A stretch of 53,461 nt of DNA from Pseudomonadota bacterium (lineage in GTDB: Bacteria > Pseudomonadota > Alphaproteobacteria > Acetobacterales > Acetobacteraceae): the NCBI GenBank assembly GCA_021799015.1, contig JAJZBH010000001.1, positions 1-53,461 of the forward strand, in the 5' to 3' direction. Position 1 is the first letter of the stretch. Every line of letters begins with the position of its first letter. The notes beneath the pieces are model-generated. The model had not been told where the DNA came from. It searched no databases and worked only from the letters and a program-made list of their open reading frames with translations. The position numbers and the translations under genes were made by a program. Below, piece by piece: positions 50,451-53,461 of the stretch.

Positions 50451-51950
50451 TCAACCGGCTCCATTGCCGGAGCACGGCTCATCGAACCACGTCCGCCCGT
50501 CGCGAACGATCATGGCGACAGACTCAGACGGACCCCATGTTCCGGCCGTGTAAAATCGTGGTCGCTCCCCGGAATTGTCCCAAGCCTCCAGGATCGAGTC
50601 GACCCATTCCCAAGCAGTTTCAACCTCATCGCGCCGCATGAACAGAGTTGCGTTGCCTCGCACCACGTCCATCAGCAACCGTTCGTACGCGTCCGGAAGG
50701 TCATTCTTGAATGTCTCTGCAAAACTCAGGTTCAGCGGCACGTTTCGCAATCTGAGGCCACCTGGGCCAGGTTCCTTCGTCCACAGGTGCAGGCGGATGC
50801 TCTCGTTCGGCTGAACCCGGATGACCAGGCGATTCGGGGCTGCCTGATCCGATCCGGTCGGAAAGATCCAATACGGAACCGGTTTGAACTGGATGACAAT
50901 CTCCGAAACCTTGTCCGGCAATCGTTTTCCGCTCCGCAGATAGAAAGGCACGCCAGCCCAGCGCCAATTACGAATCTCCACTTTAACCGCCACAAATGTT
51001 TCTGTAGCGGAACCGCTCCCGATATCCTTCTCTTCCAGATATCCCGGCACCGGCTTCCCGTTGACCGCTCCAGCCCGGTATTGCCCGCGCACTGTATGGG
51101 TCGCTATTTCAGGGAGTGTAATCGGAGAAAGTGCGCGGAGAACCTTTAATTTTTCGTCACGGACAGACTCGCGATCGAGCGTCGATGGTGGTTCCATTGC
51201 GACCAGGCACAGCAGCTGCAACAGGTGGTTCTGGATCATGTCGCGTAGCGCGCCCGTATGATCATAATATCCGCCGCGCCCCTCTACACCGACGGTCTCG
51301 GCCACCGTAATCTGCACGTGATCGATGGCGTTGCTTTGCCAGACCGGCTCAAACAAGGCATTCGCGAACCGCAAGACAAGCAGATTCTGCACTGTCTCTT
51401 TGCCGAGATAATGATCGATCCGGAAAATATTGCTTTCGCTGAACACCGCCCCGACGCGATCGTTGATCGCCCGCGCTGAGGTGAGATCGTGCCCGATGGG
51501 CTTTTCGAGCACGATCCGGGTATTCGTGGTCTGCAATCCGTTGTTATGAATATTGTCGGCAATCGCACCATAAAGTTCCGGCGCTGTCGCCAGATAGAAC
51601 ACGCGCGTTGGCTGCGACTTTTCGTTCAGAAGCGCGCTCAGCTTATCCCACCCGCGCTCGGCCGCCGCATCCATCGAAACAAAATATAGCCGGTCGAGAA
51701 AGCGTCTCTGACTTGCCGGGTCAAGAGAATCCGCTCCCAGAAATTCCTGTAGGCTGTGCTCGACCAGAGCTTGGTAGGCGCCGCGATCGATTGCGCTGCG
51801 CGCCGCCCCAACAATCCGTGAGCCATCCGGCAGCTGGCCGTCGGCGTCGCGGCGATAAAGCGAGGGCAGTAATTTCCGCCGCGCCAGATCCCCGGTGCCA
51901 CCAAACACGACGTAATCGAATCTCTCGATGGTCGGCTCAGAGAAATTCAC
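50451..51950 (-). CDS. zwf: Glucose-6-phosphate 1-dehydrogenase
   Basis: FGGTGDLA, EKPIG, RIDHYLGKE, RDMIQNH and GVPFYLRSGK; GTG start. Confidence 0.96.
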   Translation of the reverse strand: MNFSEPTIERFDYVVFGGTGDLARRKLLPSLYRRDADGQLPDGSRIVGAARSAIDRGAYQALVEHSLQEFLGADSLDPASQRRFLDRLYFVSMDAAAERGWDKLSALLNEKSQPTRVFYLATAPELYGAIADNIHNNGLQTTNTRIVLEKPIGHDLTSARAINDRVGAVFSESNIFRIDHYLGKETVQNLLVLRFANALFEPVWQSNAIDHVQITVAETVGVEGRGGYYDHTGALRDMIQNHLLQLLCLVAMEPPSTLDRESVRDEKLKVLRALSPITLPEIATHTVRGQYRAGAVNGKPVPGYLEEKDIGSGSATETFVAVKVEIRNWRWAGVPFYLRSGKRLPDKVSEIVIQFKPVPYWIFPTGSDQAAPNRLVIRVQPNESIRLHLWTKEPGPGGLRLRNVPLNLSFAETFKNDLPDAYERLLMDVVRGNATLFMRRDEVETAWEWVDSILEAWDNSGERPRFYTAGTWGPSESVAMIVRDGRTWFDEPCSGNGAG

Positions 51951-52009
51951 CGGTCACACCATTCGTCAGACATCACAGGACATTCCCCTTCACATGAGCA
52001 ATCCCGATT

Positions 52010-53086
52010 TCATGGCCCCCGCAAGGCAACCCCGTCCGCGCCGAATGCCATGGCATGCTCCGCCATGACACCAACCTGCACGGATTCACCAAGTCTCAGC
52101 TGCGCAGCTGGGTCCGCCCGCACCATGAGGCTCGTGCCACCACAGCGGACTGCAAACAGGATTTCATGCCCGAGATGTTCGATGAACTCGACAATACCGC
52201 ACATCGTCGCGGCTGGGTCCAGATGCAAATGCTCAGGACGCAGGCCGATCGTGATTTTTTCGCCGATGCTGGCCTTACCGGCTAACCAGGGCATCATGAT
52301 CCGAACACCGTCCTCCAGCAAGACAGACATTGTCCTACCGTCCAGCACGGTCTCGCCTCTGAGAAGATTGATTCTCGACGCGCCGATAAACTCCGCGACG
52401 AAAACATTGGCTGGAGATCGGTAGAGCTCAAGTGGAGTCCCAACCTGTTCGACACACCCTCCATTGAGGACAACGATCCGATGGGCCATGGTCATGGCCT
52501 CCATCTGGTCATGCGTCACGTATAGCATGGTGGCCTGCAGCCGCCGATTAAGCCGTGCCAGTTCGATACGCATCTGCAGGCGCAGGCCTGCATCCAAATT
52601 CGATAACGGCTCATCAAACAGGAACGCCTTGGGCGCGCACAGGATCGCCCGACCAATCGCGACACGCTGCCTCTGCCCTCCCGAGAGCGAATCGGGATAG
52701 CGCCGCAAAAGAGGATCGAGCCGCAGCAGAGCCGCGACTTCCGCAACACGTTCAGCAACTTCGGCGCGCCTCCGCCCGGCCATTCGGAGAGAAAACCCCA
52801 AATTCCCGGCTACATCCATATGCGGGTAAAGCGCATAGGATTGAAACACCATCGGCAGCCCCCGCCGTTCGGGGGGAATGTCGTTGGACCGCACACCATT
52901 GATCCGGAATTCTCCCGCATCAATTGTCTCTAGCCCGGCCAGCATCCGCAGCAGCGTCGTCTTGCCACACCCCGACGGGCCGACGATAACGACGAACTCG
53001 CCATCCGCTATGGCGAGATCAATCTCTCGAAGCACGAACCCATCATCCCGTCGCTTTCCGACCCCGATCAGTTCCAACGCCGCCAT
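52010..53086 (-). CDS. Carbohydrate ABC transporter ATP-binding subunit (MalK/UgpC-like)
   Basis: Walker A GPSGCGKT, VFQSYALYPHM, LSGGQRQR, FLFDEPLSNLD and YVTHDQ; C-terminal TOBE-like region. Confidence 0.92.
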   Translation of the reverse strand: MAALELIGVGKRRDDGFVLREIDLAIADGEFVVIVGPSGCGKTTLLRMLAGLETIDAGEFRINGVRSNDIPPERRGLPMVFQSYALYPHMDVAGNLGFSLRMAGRRRAEVAERVAEVAALLRLDPLLRRYPDSLSGGQRQRVAIGRAILCAPKAFLFDEPLSNLDAGLRLQMRIELARLNRRLQATMLYVTHDQMEAMTMAHRIVVLNGGCVEQVGTPLELYRSPANVFVAEFIGASRINLLRGETVLDGRTMSVLLEDGVRIMMPWLAGKASIGEKITIGLRPEHLHLDPAATMCGIVEFIEHLGHEILFAVRCGGTSLMVRADPAAQLRLGESVQVGVMAEHAMAFGADGVALRGP

Positions 53087-53461
53087 AAATTGGTCCTACC
53101 ATACCTCTAGCGACACAAATGAGCACAAAAGCCTGACCGAAGAACCCGTCGAGAACGAATGCCAGCATTGGCCTAGCCAAGACGGTACGCGCCAAAAGCC
53201 TCCGGTTTTTTCAATCCCTGCAGGAATATTCCGAGCGATTGCAGATGAGCACGCTGGCAAGGCGTACATCGACACCCAATCCGAGCAGGTTGCGTCTGCC
53301 ACCAAGGTCCAACCGGCAGAAAACGCCAGAACCGATTTTCAACAACGAGACGCGGCGCAAGCGGGAAAATCCAGTTCGTCGCGGATCCTCCTTGCTTCGT
53401 GATTCCCTCAACGATCATATTGCTCTAATGGCATCAAGAATATCGAGTACAGAAGGACGCC

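Noticed and set aside
53096-53461. Short ORFs and a possible gene end (RPSVLDILDAIRAI*, stop near 53415, minus strand) at the right edge
   Set aside because: Too little sequence to support any call.

Overview
A 53.5-kb, roughly 60% GC chromosomal window. Gene content and synteny suggest an alphaproteobacterium, most likely Rhodospirillales/Acetobacteraceae (Acidiphilium-like); this is inference. Most of it is housekeeping: a DecR-like Lrp regulator divergent from cobA-cysJ-cysH-cysI, an MgtC/DUF4010 gene with nrdJ, argD-argF, mtnP, hemF, the lysC-ptsP-rodZ-ispG-hisS-prfA-prmC block, ubiG, secE-nusG, folD, rsmB, tlyA, pyc, the Entner-Doudoroff genes zwf-edd-eda and four tRNAs (Trp, Gly, Ala, Arg). 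I saw no transposase, integrase, prophage gene or CRISPR array. Two loci stand out. (1) An intact, tightly packed petABC operon appears to encode a 'pseudo-bc1' complex. The Rieske protein has lost all four [2Fe-2S] ligands and its twin-arginine motif. Cytochrome b has lost both heme bH histidines and the PEWY motif. The heme bL ligands and the cytochrome c1 heme site are kept. (2) A divergent cell-envelope locus at 42.8-47.3 kb has a correctly spaced FNR/FixK box in front of each arm. One arm encodes an outer-membrane beta-barrel. The other encodes three exported unknown proteins: two carry Tat-like signals and Gly/His-rich tracts, and two appear to share a paralogous helical domain. All family assignments come from motif recognition by eye, not database searches.
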